In this document: positions 28,294 to 37,830 of the stretch, in pieces
Numbering within the stretch: the first letter of the stretch is position 1
Layout of the letters: every line of letters begins with the position of its first letter
From: a virus
IMG/VR virus record: IMGVR_UViG_3300033182_000487
Location: 32,001 to 96,000 of that record
Direction: 5' to 3' (one strand)
Length of the DNA: 64,000 bases
The notes under the pieces: generated by a model
Seen by the model: the letters and a program-made list of their open reading frames with translations, nothing else
Database searches by the model: none
What the model was told of the DNA's origin: nothing
Translations under genes and position numbers: made by a program

Positions 28294-28614
28294 ATGGAAG
28301 ACACGAAGACCGTATCTGTCCGCCGGGTCGCGATGGCGAAGCGGCTTGCGGCGAAGTGGATCCGATCTCACGCAGAGCCCGAGTACCGTCTCACGGTCTA
28401 CCGGGGGTCAGGTCGTGAGTCCCGGAATCTGCCCGGACTGCTGCGGTCGTTCCGTGACGGCAAGATCAAGATCGCCGCGACCGAGCCAGTCCGCGACATG
28501 GGCATCAAGGCGGCCTTCGACCACATCACTGTCTGGTCGAAGGACAGGGAGGGGCTCCAGCGCCTCTCTGATGCCCTCCAGAAGATGGGCTGCGAAACCA
28601 CAGGGGTCTTCTGA
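28294..28614 (+). CDS. Hypothetical late protein with RRVA/KRLAAKW tag
   Basis: Late motif upstream; N-terminal SVRRVAMAKRLAAKW. Confidence 0.6.
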   Translation: MEDTKTVSVRRVAMAKRLAAKWIRSHAEPEYRLTVYRGSGRESRNLPGLLRSFRDGKIKIAATEPVRDMGIKAAFDHITVWSKDREGLQRLSDALQKMGCETTGVF

Positions 28615-29042
28615 TGGCAGCGTCCCTCGCCCAGTCTGAGTTCGTCTACAGGTCGGGCACGAGCCCGGACATCTACACGTTCACCATCGTTTCCGATTCC
28701 CAGGGGAACCTGTCGGTGCGGGACATCGAAGACCCCTATGGGTTCGTGATCTCGCCGTACACCCAGATCCCGCAGAGCGTGACCGCCGACATCTCCTCTG
28801 CCATGTCAGCCGTGGAGACTATTTTGGCACTCACATCAGCCGTCAACGGCACCCTGACCTTCACCGCTGAGACATCGAAGTCCGTGACCTTCGCCGAGGC
28901 GTTCGCCGACACCTCGTACCGAGTCCAGACGACCTCCGATGTCTTCGCCCCCTTCCGCATCACAAACAAGACCGTCCTGGGCTTCACCATCCAGGCCGGA
29001 GCCACCATCACCGGGACCGTCGGGTACGACGTCTTCGTGTGA
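28614..29042 (+). CDS. Structural protein with a C-terminal fibre-type module
   Basis: VTF..AF.DT.Y.V..NKT..F.I..TVGY shared with the C-terminus of 55502..57061. Confidence 0.6.
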   Translation: MAASLAQSEFVYRSGTSPDIYTFTIVSDSQGNLSVRDIEDPYGFVISPYTQIPQSVTADISSAMSAVETILALTSAVNGTLTFTAETSKSVTFAEAFADTSYRVQTTSDVFAPFRITNKTVLGFTIQAGATITGTVGYDVFV

Positions 29043-29045
29043 TCA

Positions 29046-29060
29046 CGGTAGCGAGCCTAT
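29046..29060 (+). promoter_or_regulatory. Late-class promoter motif
   Basis: CGGTAG-cgagc-CTAT. Confidence 0.7.
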
Positions 29061-29089
29061 GCCCCCGTGGGGGTGACTGGAGATTCACA

Positions 29090-31018
29090 ATGACCACACT
29101 CCCCATCGAGCGTACTGCTTCGACCTTGCGCAAGGTCAAGTCCATCCTTCGTCGGTCGGGCCTTCTGGACAAGGTTGAACTTGGCGGACGAGGCAGCGAT
29201 TGGAACGTCGAGGCTCCCGATGGGACGATCCAAGAGCAGGTTTCCGACGCGCTCCGCAAAGCCGGGATCAACGTCGGCGGCTACCGCACCGGATACGGCG
29301 CATGGGTCTTGAGCGAGTCGTACCAGACCGACGACTACGACTTCAACAACCCGGCGAGCCGCAGCCACTACGCCTCGGATCACCTGCCTGTCGAAACCCG
29401 CACCGCCGCGTCGTTCTTCGACATGTTCTTCAAGGAGAAGAACGTCCCGTACAAGGTCTTCGACGTGACGGACTCGCAGGGGATCACGCACAGCATCCCC
29501 AACGAGGTCGTGATCAACATGATCAAGCAGACCCGTGGCCGCGAGAAGGCGAAGATCGAGGAGACGCTTCGCATGATCGACTTCAAGAACGGGGATGTGA
29601 ACCACTACCTCCAGCACCTCGCTCGCGGTCTGGCCGAGCAGTACAGCGGAACTCTCCGCTTCGCTTCCGAGCAGCAGGCCGAGAAGTTTGAAGCCGAGGC
29701 CGAAGCCGCCGAGGCACAGGCCGAAGCCGACCGCCAGAAGGCCGATGCCTCCCGCTTGAAGGCGGCGGGTCTTGGACCTGTCGCCCAGACCATCCTTGAC
29801 CAGATGGGTGGCAATCGAGTTCTGGCGATGCTTGGGGTCAACCGCCTTGTTGATCTCCGCAACGGCATCGGGATCGGCTGGCCCAACCGCCAGCGGTCGA
29901 AGGGCAACTACGTCGAGATCATGCTCAACGGGAAAGACCTGTACGACATGACCTTCTACAACCTCTCCATGCGGGGGAAGAAGAAGGTCAAGGAGTTCAA
30001 GGATCTCTACAACGACTCGCTGGCCGATACCTTTGAGGGTCAGACGGGGTGGTATCTCCGCATGGCGTCCGACAAGGCCGCTGCTGGTGGCCTCTACGGC
30101 TACACGAAGGGCACCCAGCGGGACGTGGAAGCGTCCATCCGCAAGGCCCAGCGCCGTGCCGCCAGCATCGCCAAGACCCTCTACGCGAAGGACGAGCGGA
30201 GCGTGGACTTCTTGAAGGCCCACGCGAAGCGGGCCAACAGCAAGACCGCTCGCCTGATCCTGGCTGCCATGAAGACCATCGGACCCCGCGTGGCGTCCGA
30301 GACGCTTCCGAGCGAGCGTCATGCCTCGATCTACCACGCCTCTGAGCAGGAGCAGTTGGAGTACGTCGTCGATGCTCTCCGTCTGGCGGGTGAGCAGGGA
30401 CTCCGTGTGGACGGCCTCCCCCGCAAGGGTGCCCTGGCCGCTCAGAGCAAGGGCCTTGCCGACGCCGAGCGCGGCTACCTCTACATCACCCGGAAGGGTC
30501 GGAACGTCCGCATGGCTGCCGAGGAGAAGGTCGCTGGTGGCCTCTACGGCTACCCCACGAAGACCGCCCGTCTCGCACTGGTCGCTTGCTCCGACCTCCG
30601 CGCCTACGTCGGCGAGGTTGCCTACGGGCTGCACAGCCGCCGCACGGCCCGGTACGACCGGATCACCGGCTTCCTCAAGGAGCACGGCAAGACCGCGAAG
30701 TGCGCCTACTCCCGCATGATCCTCGACTGCTACCCCGACGCTCCGGTGTCGAAGCAGGCGAAGGAGGAGTACCCCTGGCCCGAGTGCATCGCTGACCAGG
30801 AGAAGCAGTACGGCAGCAAGGAGACCGCCGAGAAGGTCTGCGGCAAGATCAAGGCTCAGTCGCAGGGCAAGAGCGCAGGGGCCAAGGACTATGGGATCAT
30901 GGGGGGCAAGTTGGCCTCCAGCGAGATGCTCAAGAAGGCGTTCGTTCCTGACTCGGTGGACGGCTGGCTGGAGTGGGAGGACGGCTCCCGTACCGCTGCC
31001 ACCCGACGCCGTGGTTGA
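29090..31018 (+). CDS. Modular putative head-cargo polyprotein
   Basis: Many RxAS/KxAG linkers; duplicated GGLYGY module (identical 21-nt DNA at 30083 and 30533). Confidence 0.7.
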   Translation: MTTLPIERTASTLRKVKSILRRSGLLDKVELGGRGSDWNVEAPDGTIQEQVSDALRKAGINVGGYRTGYGAWVLSESYQTDDYDFNNPASRSHYASDHLPVETRTAASFFDMFFKEKNVPYKVFDVTDSQGITHSIPNEVVINMIKQTRGREKAKIEETLRMIDFKNGDVNHYLQHLARGLAEQYSGTLRFASEQQAEKFEAEAEAAEAQAEADRQKADASRLKAAGLGPVAQTILDQMGGNRVLAMLGVNRLVDLRNGIGIGWPNRQRSKGNYVEIMLNGKDLYDMTFYNLSMRGKKKVKEFKDLYNDSLADTFEGQTGWYLRMASDKAAAGGLYGYTKGTQRDVEASIRKAQRRAASIAKTLYAKDERSVDFLKAHAKRANSKTARLILAAMKTIGPRVASETLPSERHASIYHASEQEQLEYVVDALRLAGEQGLRVDGLPRKGALAAQSKGLADAERGYLYITRKGRNVRMAAEEKVAGGLYGYPTKTARLALVACSDLRAYVGEVAYGLHSRRTARYDRITGFLKEHGKTAKCAYSRMILDCYPDAPVSKQAKEEYPWPECIADQEKQYGSKETAEKVCGKIKAQSQGKSAGAKDYGIMGGKLASSEMLKKAFVPDSVDGWLEWEDGSRTAATRRRG

Positions 31019-31107
31019 CAGGAGGGTGAGAAGCGGTCGCTTCCACACTCCCATCCCCACCCCGAAGACATTGACGAATGGAACCCCGTGATCGAGGACG
31101 ACGAGAC

Positions 31108-31938
31108 ATGAGCCAGCACCAGCGCGACAAGCAGGCGTACTTGAACGCCACACCCATGCAGCGGGAAGTGGTGCGTCGGCTCCTGTGCGACGTGCTGGCG
31201 TGTTTGAGAGCGCAGTATCTCTCGTACCAGACCTCGCACTGGCAGGTCGTCGGACAGTCCTTCTACGGCAACCACCTGCTGTTTGAGCGGCTGTACTCGT
31301 CCGTCCTGCTCCAGATCGACTCCCTCGCCGAGAAGTTGGTCGGCTACCTCGGGCGTGACGTCGTTGACCTCTCCGGCCAGTTGGAGAAGATCTGGGAGTA
31401 CACCTCGGTGTGGACGCAGATCGACTGCCACCACAAGCGAGGCATCCGGTCAGAGCAGGACATCCAGGCCGCGCTCCAGCGTGCCTACGACGGGATCAAG
31501 CAGGCCAAGGCGATGACCCTGGGCCTCGACGACTGGATCATGGCCACGGCCAACATCCACGAGGAGAACGAGTACCTCCTCCAGCAGGCGCTGACCCCAG
31601 TGCCCGGACAGAAGCGGGCATCGACCGACGAGGGCTACTTCTACGACGCCCCCGACCACCACGTCGTCCTGGACTTCGCAAAGAGCCGCGCCATCACCAA
31701 CGATGTGGATGTCGCCAAAGACGCTGCCGCCGAAGATCACCTCGACATTCCCGAATCACAGGCTGTCACCGAAGCCGAGGAAGCCCCGCCTCTCCCGACG
31801 GAGATCGCGCAGGAGCCTGGTGGCGCATCCGTTTCCACGCTGAATCAGTACGTCATCACGTCGGAAGACCCCGTGGCTGAGAAGGCTGTCGCCATGAACA
31901 AGGCCCACATGGCCGCATGGCTCAAGGAGTTGACCTGA
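31108..31938 (+). CDS. dps: Dps/ferritin-like protein with acidic C-terminal extension
   Basis: HWQVVG.SF..NH.LFE.LY..IDSLAEK ferroxidase-type motif. Confidence 0.8.
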   Translation: MSQHQRDKQAYLNATPMQREVVRRLLCDVLACLRAQYLSYQTSHWQVVGQSFYGNHLLFERLYSSVLLQIDSLAEKLVGYLGRDVVDLSGQLEKIWEYTSVWTQIDCHHKRGIRSEQDIQAALQRAYDGIKQAKAMTLGLDDWIMATANIHEENEYLLQQALTPVPGQKRASTDEGYFYDAPDHHVVLDFAKSRAITNDVDVAKDAAAEDHLDIPESQAVTEAEEAPPLPTEIAQEPGGASVSTLNQYVITSEDPVAEKAVAMNKAHMAAWLKELT

Positions 31939-34900
31939 TGCCACCCCGCCCTTCCATGGCCTCCATGGCCGTCTCAGACCGCGCCTTCATGCAGTACCTG
32001 CGGACGTTTGGGCGCAACCCGAAGATCGTGGACCTGGTCCAGATCTACAAGGATCTCAAGGACAACTTCGATGGCGAGATCATCGAGGGTGAGGTCGAGG
32101 ACGGGGACGAGACCGTCGCTCGTGATGACTGGTTCCGTCGGTTCCAGCGAGCCCTGCTCCAGATGGAGTTGGAGGTCGATGCCGAGCCGTCGATCAACGC
32201 CATCGACGACAAGGGCAGCGAGATCAAGACCCTTCTGCGCCGACTGGGCAGCCAGGGGAAACTCAGTGCGAACCTCTGGCGTCGGCTGATCCCAGCGTAC
32301 TCGGAACTGCTGCGGACCCTGGTTGCTGACAAAGACCTCTACTGGGCACCCCGCGCCATCCCCGGACGGGACGGTGTGCGGTGGATCCAGTTGCGGAACG
32401 CCAGCCCGAAGCAGCGGGTCGTGGAGCAGGTCCGTCGGGATGATCCCGCTCTCTACGAGCGGATCCAGATGTCGAAGGACCAGCGCAGCAGCATGGACGA
32501 CAAGATCAACAAGCGCATCGGGAAGATGGGCCTGGAGACTGGTCGCCAGCGCATCCGTGGTCGCTTCATCCAGGTCGGTGTTGACCCCGCTCTGATCCCC
32601 AACACGGTCACCGTGCGTGAGACCTACCGCGAGGCGGACCCGGACAACCCCCGGAAGAAGATCCGCAAGACCCGGACGTACACGCTCTCCCGAGAGGAGG
32701 CCATGGAGCGCCTCGATGACCCCAGCGTCGTCGCGTCTCTCCCGTCGGAGTCCGTCCTGGTCTTCGACGACGACGGGTCCGTTGCTTCCCGCGAGGACTT
32801 CACCGCCAAGGTGGATGCGGTGAACGACGCCTACAAGGGCCTGTCGAAGATCAACCAGTTGGTCCACAAGAAGCGCGGAGGCAAGGGCTACGCCTACATC
32901 GACCCCGAAGAACTCCGCAGCGTCGGACGTGAGGAGTTTGAGGAAGCCTTCGGAGCCAACCCGAAGCCCGACGAGTACGTCGCCCTCACCGACGACCCCT
33001 ACAAGAGCACCGCGCTCACGAAGATCTACCCGGTCAAGGAGTACCGGGGGAAGCAGATCATCACCGCCGGACGCTTCAAGGGCTACTACGTCTCCGACCT
33101 GGTGAACCGGGCTGGCCGCCTCATTGAGGGCTCCAGCACCTACTACAACCCGGACACCGGAGAGATCGACCGCCGCGAGGTCACGAACGAGGACGGCTCC
33201 GTGAACGTCCGCAAGATCACCGAGCCCTACGTCACCGTGGACCGAGGCAAACTCCTCCTGACCCTGGAGGGCGGCACAGGCAAGAGCGCCCTGCTGCGCC
33301 AGTCGGTCCGGCAACTGACCCGCGTGGTCCCGAGCATCGTCTACGAGGAGGGCACGAAGAACCGCGTCTTCCGCTTTGACCCCAAGGACTTCGCTGCCAT
33401 CCGCGAGGCCATCGGTGCCATGGCCCTGTCCAACACCGCGTCCCGGATGCTCCAGAAGTACTTCGACAAGTTGGCGAAGGCCGAGCGGGCGACCTCCGAG
33501 CAGAGCATCAAGCGGTACAGCAAGGAGAAGTTGGGCCTGACCGTGAACCTGCGCGAGCAGCAAGCACAGGCTGTCGCGTGGCTCGACGCCAACGACAACA
33601 CCGGCATCTGCGCCCTGGACACGGGCGTCGGCAAGACCGGTGTGGCCGTCGCCACCATGCAGAACCTCCGGCGCAAGCCCGACGTGATGAAGGAAGGCAA
33701 CGGACGCTTCCTGTTCGTCTGCAAGCGAGCCCTCGCCGGGAACCTCCCGAAGGAGATCTTCAAGTTCGTCGAGGGGGCACAGGCCGACGAGTTGGTCGAG
33801 ATGACCGACATCGTGACCTACTTCACTTTCAGCAAGAACCGGGACAAGGACGAGAACTGGGGCGATGACTACGTCGCCATCTTCTTCGACGAGGCCCACG
33901 AGCGGTTGAAGAAGATGGAGAGCGCCTTCTACAAGAAGATCAGCGCCTGCAAGGCGAGGCGCAAGATCCTTCTGACTGCCTCCCCGATGGTGCGGTCCCC
34001 GAAGGAGGTCTTCACCCTCGCCTCCGTCGCCAACGGCGTGGACCTCAACACGAAGGAAGGCCGCGCTGCCCTGCGGAAGTTCACCAACCGCTTCGCCGAG
34101 ACAGTCGGTGGTCGCGTGGTTGGGATCAAGCGGGTGGACGACAGCACGTTCGCCTACAAGAACTACGTCCGGGCCGAGGAAGAAGCCGGGCGCGTTCCCC
34201 TCTCCCGAGAGGAGTGGCCTGGTCAGGTGGACCCCATCGTGACCCGCGACTTCAACTCCTGGGTCAAGTCCAACCTCTTTTACGCGGACAAGCGGGACGT
34301 GATGGACGAGGAAGGCAAGAAGTTGGAGGAGTTGAACGTCCGTGAGCCTGAGACGGTCAACATGACCCCCGAGGTCGAGAAGATCTACCGCAAGACCATG
34401 AAGGACGTGGTCAAGGCCCTCCGCGAGGTCACGCAGAAGAAGTACAAGGGCAACCGAGCCCTCGCCATCGAGGCCGCGAAGGTCAAGTTGCGGCGGGAAC
34501 TGGCGCTCCTGACCCGACTGAGCGACGTGCCCAACCTGGTGATCCCAGGCCAGCCCAACCCGAAGATCGACAGGGCCCAGAGCATCGTCGAGCAGGCGTC
34601 GGGCCGCTCCATCCTGTTCACCGACTCCCCGGACATGGCGAAGGCCGCGTTCGACCAGTTGAGCACCATGCCCGGCAAGGGCACGGCCATGGCGCTGTCG
34701 GACGGCATCTACATGCAGCCCGTCCGGGGCGAGATGATCCGCTTCACCGCAAAGAAGTACCCCGACTTCGACAAGAAGGCGGGCAAGGGTCGAGGCTTCC
34801 TGCTCAAGTACGAGAACGGGATGGCAAAGGTCGTCCGCAACGAGAACCCCCGAGTGCGCGGGTTCCACCGAGCCAAGAAGGACGCCTGGAAGGTCATCGT

Positions 34901-35351
34901 CCTCCAGAAGATCATCCAGCGTGACCCCACCATCAACACGCTGACCCTGACTGGCACCTACGCCGTGGGTCAGAACCTCCAGTCCTTCACCAACGTCATC
35001 CATCTCGACCGTGACGACTGGTCCAACGAGACCATGAAGCAGCGGTCCGCCCGTGCATGGCGCGCTGGGCAGAGCGAGATCGTCAACGAGTACACCATCG
35101 ACACCGTGTACCAGGACGCCGTGTCCAACGACGACGCGGACAAGACGCTCGACGAGATCCGCAGGATCATCCAGGGCATGGATGCCGATCTGTTCAACGA
35201 GGTCGTCCTGGAGTCCCAGGTCGCTCGACTGGGCGAGGAGTGGGCCGAGGTCAAGAAGCAGCGGTCCATGCTCCACCAGGTTGACCGCCAGATGATGGAA
35301 CGCGCCCTCTCACCCTACGCCAGCCAGATGGGCCGACAGGAGAAGCCATGA
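31938..35351 (+). CDS. SNF2-like SF2 helicase with a long N-terminal region
   Basis: LREQQ..AV.WL, LDTGVGKT, FFDEAH, LLTASP, GQNLQ, QRSARAWRAGQ. Confidence 0.85.
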   Translation: MPPRPSMASMAVSDRAFMQYLRTFGRNPKIVDLVQIYKDLKDNFDGEIIEGEVEDGDETVARDDWFRRFQRALLQMELEVDAEPSINAIDDKGSEIKTLLRRLGSQGKLSANLWRRLIPAYSELLRTLVADKDLYWAPRAIPGRDGVRWIQLRNASPKQRVVEQVRRDDPALYERIQMSKDQRSSMDDKINKRIGKMGLETGRQRIRGRFIQVGVDPALIPNTVTVRETYREADPDNPRKKIRKTRTYTLSREEAMERLDDPSVVASLPSESVLVFDDDGSVASREDFTAKVDAVNDAYKGLSKINQLVHKKRGGKGYAYIDPEELRSVGREEFEEAFGANPKPDEYVALTDDPYKSTALTKIYPVKEYRGKQIITAGRFKGYYVSDLVNRAGRLIEGSSTYYNPDTGEIDRREVTNEDGSVNVRKITEPYVTVDRGKLLLTLEGGTGKSALLRQSVRQLTRVVPSIVYEEGTKNRVFRFDPKDFAAIREAIGAMALSNTASRMLQKYFDKLAKAERATSEQSIKRYSKEKLGLTVNLREQQAQAVAWLDANDNTGICALDTGVGKTGVAVATMQNLRRKPDVMKEGNGRFLFVCKRALAGNLPKEIFKFVEGAQADELVEMTDIVTYFTFSKNRDKDENWGDDYVAIFFDEAHERLKKMESAFYKKISACKARRKILLTASPMVRSPKEVFTLASVANGVDLNTKEGRAALRKFTNRFAETVGGRVVGIKRVDDSTFAYKNYVRAEEEAGRVPLSREEWPGQVDPIVTRDFNSWVKSNLFYADKRDVMDEEGKKLEELNVREPETVNMTPEVEKIYRKTMKDVVKALREVTQKKYKGNRALAIEAAKVKLRRELALLTRLSDVPNLVIPGQPNPKIDRAQSIVEQASGRSILFTDSPDMAKAAFDQLSTMPGKGTAMALSDGIYMQPVRGEMIRFTAKKYPDFDKKAGKGRGFLLKYENGMAKVVRNENPRVRGFHRAKKDAWKVIVLQKIIQRDPTINTLTLTGTYAVGQNLQSFTNVIHLDRDDWSNETMKQRSARAWRAGQSEIVNEYTIDTVYQDAVSNDDADKTLDEIRRIIQGMDADLFNEVVLESQVARLGEEWAEVKKQRSMLHQVDRQMMERALSPYASQMGRQEKP

Positions 35352-35632
35352 ACATCACCGATCCGGTCACCGTCGAGGAGTGGGGCCAGTACATCAGCAA
35401 ACTGAGCGGGGCGAAGTTGTTTTCGCAGGCCATCGCCGCCAACACCCTCGACTTCGTGTTGGGGTTGCAAGAGGAAGGCTTTGGCAGCGACGAGATCACT
35501 GACATCCTGCTCATGTTCGCCCGCCAGTTCGACAAAGTCGATCTGGACCTTCCCAACGGCATCCCTGGCGAGTACCTGTCCTACCCGGACCTGCTCGACT
35601 CGGTAGACCGTCTATCAGCCTCCCAGACGTAA
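35348..35632 (+). CDS. Hypothetical protein
   Basis: ATGA coupling to the helicase gene. Confidence 0.6.
   Translation: MNITDPVTVEEWGQYISKLSGAKLFSQAIAANTLDFVLGLQEEGFGSDEITDILLMFARQFDKVDLDLPNGIPGEYLSYPDLLDSVDRLSASQT
35601..35615 (+). promoter_or_regulatory. Late-class promoter motif
   Basis: CGGTAG-accgt-CTAT; another (CGGTAT-ctcgc-CTAT) lies at 35994-36008. Confidence 0.7.
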
Positions 35633-35646
35633 AGGAGAACCCCACC

Positions 35647-35970
35647 ATGAAGTCCCTGACTGCTTCCGACCGCAAGACCCTCATTCGCCTCGCCTCGACA
35701 CTCCCTGTGGGTGACGAGACTCGCAAGGCCATCCTCACCGGACTCGCCCAGACCCGCGAGGCTGGACGCCCCTGGGGCGGCCCCGGCTACGCGGCGAAGG
35801 CCGAGGACTACGACATCCCTCCCGCCCAGGGCGGCAGCGGCTCCCCGCCGTGCCAGCCGCTGGGTGACGGTCCCTGCTACCGGAAGCACGAGAACTCGCC
35901 TCCCGGCGGCACGAACGGCTCCGCGCAGCGCGCGAAGTACAACCAGTGGTATCGCGAAAACGCGATGTAA
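35647..35970 (+). CDS. LIRLASTLP-tagged small protein
   Basis: ASDRKTLIRLASTLPVGDETRKAILTGL followed by a Gly/Pro/Cys peptide. Confidence 0.75.
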   Translation: MKSLTASDRKTLIRLASTLPVGDETRKAILTGLAQTREAGRPWGGPGYAAKAEDYDIPPAQGGSGSPPCQPLGDGPCYRKHENSPPGGTNGSAQRAKYNQWYRENAM

Positions 35971-36061
35971 TCGCGTAGCGGCCCTGCCGTTGGCGGTATC
36001 TCGCCTATGGAGCCTCCCACGGTAGAGTGCATCTGCACCCTTCCATTGGGAGGCTTTCGCC

Positions 36062-37291
36062 TTGTTCGCTACCCTCACCGAAGCCCTCAAGCGGCGCATG
36101 ATCGAGGAGATCCGGTACTACTGGGGCCAAGACCCGAAGTACAGGGACTCGCTCGTGCCCAACATCCAGGGCAAGTTTTCCTTTCGGGAGCGACCACAGC
36201 AGGCCATCATCCTCAAGAGCCAGTCGGCCAGCCCCTTCCAGATGGCGGCGGACCACTACCAGGGGGCCATCGTCTCCTACTGCTACCTCACGAGGGTGTA
36301 CGGGCAGCGAGGCACGAGCATCGAGTGGGTGCGGGAGAACGCGGTCGCCATCCAGGCCAACAGCGGTCTGTTCCCCTCGGCTCCGGGCGTCTACTACATC
36401 GAGGTCCGCTCCGAGGTCATCGACGTGCGCGGGGTGCCGAAGGAGAAGTTGGTCTTCTATGTGGACCCGCTCCTGGAGGTCATTGACCAGCGGCCCACGA
36501 TGCTTGACCCCAGGCTCTACGAGGTCGCGGCGCAGTCGTTCCACCCCGGCTCGCTTCGGGTGTACGAGATGCCGGGGAACATCCCCTACTACGAGGACGT
36601 CAACTACACGGCTGACCCCACCACGGGCAGGATCACTCTTGCCAGCCCGTTGAAGCCCAACACCTACTTGTCGGTGGACTACCGCTACGCGGGAACCAGC
36701 ACAGGGCCGTTCCCGCTCCCGGAGAACGGCTCCAACGTCCACGCCATCCCTGGCGTCGTGCTGGCCTTCGGTCGCCGAGCCTACGAGGGCGACATCATGG
36801 CGGTTGTCGTCGCCAATCGACGCGAGACCGTGGCGAAGGAGTTTGGTGGTCGGTGGGAGATGAACATCGACTTCGACATCATGGCGCGGGACGTCTACGC
36901 CCAGGGCGAGATCACGGACCGCACGATGATGTACCTGTACACCGACGCGAGGGACCGACTCTCGACCGAGGGCATCGAGATCACGATGGTCACGATGGGC
37001 GGCGAGGCCGAAGAAGTCTACGACGACGTGGGCGACGACTACTTCTACACGGCCAACATCTCGATGACGATCATGACCGACTGGGCCATCCATGTGCCTA
37101 TCGGACGGACCCTGCTCAGGGCCGAGCCCAACACCGTGTCTGAGACCGAGATGGTCGCAGGTCTCACGGATGATCAGTTGGTCGAGATGGGGTCACCTAC
37201 CGGGCTGCACTACGCGGAGTCGTTGAACCTCGTCCAGATCCGTGATCCCTACTTCCGGGGGCGCACGAAGACCTACGACCTGATCCGGTAG
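36062..37291 (+). CDS. Probable virion structural protein (neck/tail-completion-like)
   Basis: Late motif upstream; contains a Y..D..TGRITL..YRY beta module. The functional label is inferred. Confidence 0.5.
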   Translation: MFATLTEALKRRMIEEIRYYWGQDPKYRDSLVPNIQGKFSFRERPQQAIILKSQSASPFQMAADHYQGAIVSYCYLTRVYGQRGTSIEWVRENAVAIQANSGLFPSAPGVYYIEVRSEVIDVRGVPKEKLVFYVDPLLEVIDQRPTMLDPRLYEVAAQSFHPGSLRVYEMPGNIPYYEDVNYTADPTTGRITLASPLKPNTYLSVDYRYAGTSTGPFPLPENGSNVHAIPGVVLAFGRRAYEGDIMAVVVANRRETVAKEFGGRWEMNIDFDIMARDVYAQGEITDRTMMYLYTDARDRLSTEGIEITMVTMGGEAEEVYDDVGDDYFYTANISMTIMTDWAIHVPIGRTLLRAEPNTVSETEMVAGLTDDQLVEMGSPTGLHYAESLNLVQIRDPYFRGRTKTYDLIR

Positions 37292-37300
37292 CCATCCTAT
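37286..37300 (+). promoter_or_regulatory. Late-class promoter motif
   Basis: CGGTAG-ccatc-CTAT; another (CGATAG-cctct-CTAT) lies at 37778-37792. Confidence 0.7.
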
Positions 37301-37328
37301 GGCCCGCTACCAGGCAAAGGAGCCCCCC

Positions 37329-37766
37329 ATGAGCAAACTACGCACCATCCTCGCCTCCGAGGGCCTGTACCTCGTGAAGAACAAGAAGGTGAAGTCCGAG
37401 TTGTGGCGTCGGCTCGCCGGGCGCGGTGACACATGGGGCCGCCGCCTCAATGAACTGAAGGCGGAATACATGCGTGAGGTCGTTGACGAAGCGGTCATCA
37501 CCCTTCGGGTTGAAGGCGGGGCGAGAAGCGGCGAAGACACGAAGGTCAAGGGCAGTGTTCACGGTGTTGTCGGAGAGGTTCAGGGCACCTTCAAGGGTGA
37601 ACCAGTCAAGTTGAGGTATCGGTGGGTGGATGGCGTCAAGACCATTGAGTCGGACCTCTCCATTGGCCGTGCATCGAAGAAGCACAAGATGGTCGTGTTG
37701 TCCTCGTCTCCGGCGAGTGTCGCCTCCGACAGCCTGTACGCGCACATCGGCGGGTTGATCTCCTGA
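37329..37766 (+). CDS. LRxILASEGL-tagged hypothetical protein
   Basis: MSKLRTILASEGL N-terminus; AGGAG RBS. Confidence 0.65.
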   Translation: MSKLRTILASEGLYLVKNKKVKSELWRRLAGRGDTWGRRLNELKAEYMREVVDEAVITLRVEGGARSGEDTKVKGSVHGVVGEVQGTFKGEPVKLRYRWVDGVKTIESDLSIGRASKKHKMVVLSSSPASVASDSLYAHIGGLIS

Positions 37767-37830
37767 CTCTGGGAATCCGATAGCCTCTCTATGCCTCGTC
37801 TCTGGGTGACTGACACCAACCGGAGGCATC

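Noticed and set aside
31974-35276. Long antisense ORFs (1100 aa here; also 29057..31153, 41923..43839, 19802..21421, 2548..4185)
   Set aside because: Shadows of high-GC3 genes on the opposite strand, with no motifs or RBS.
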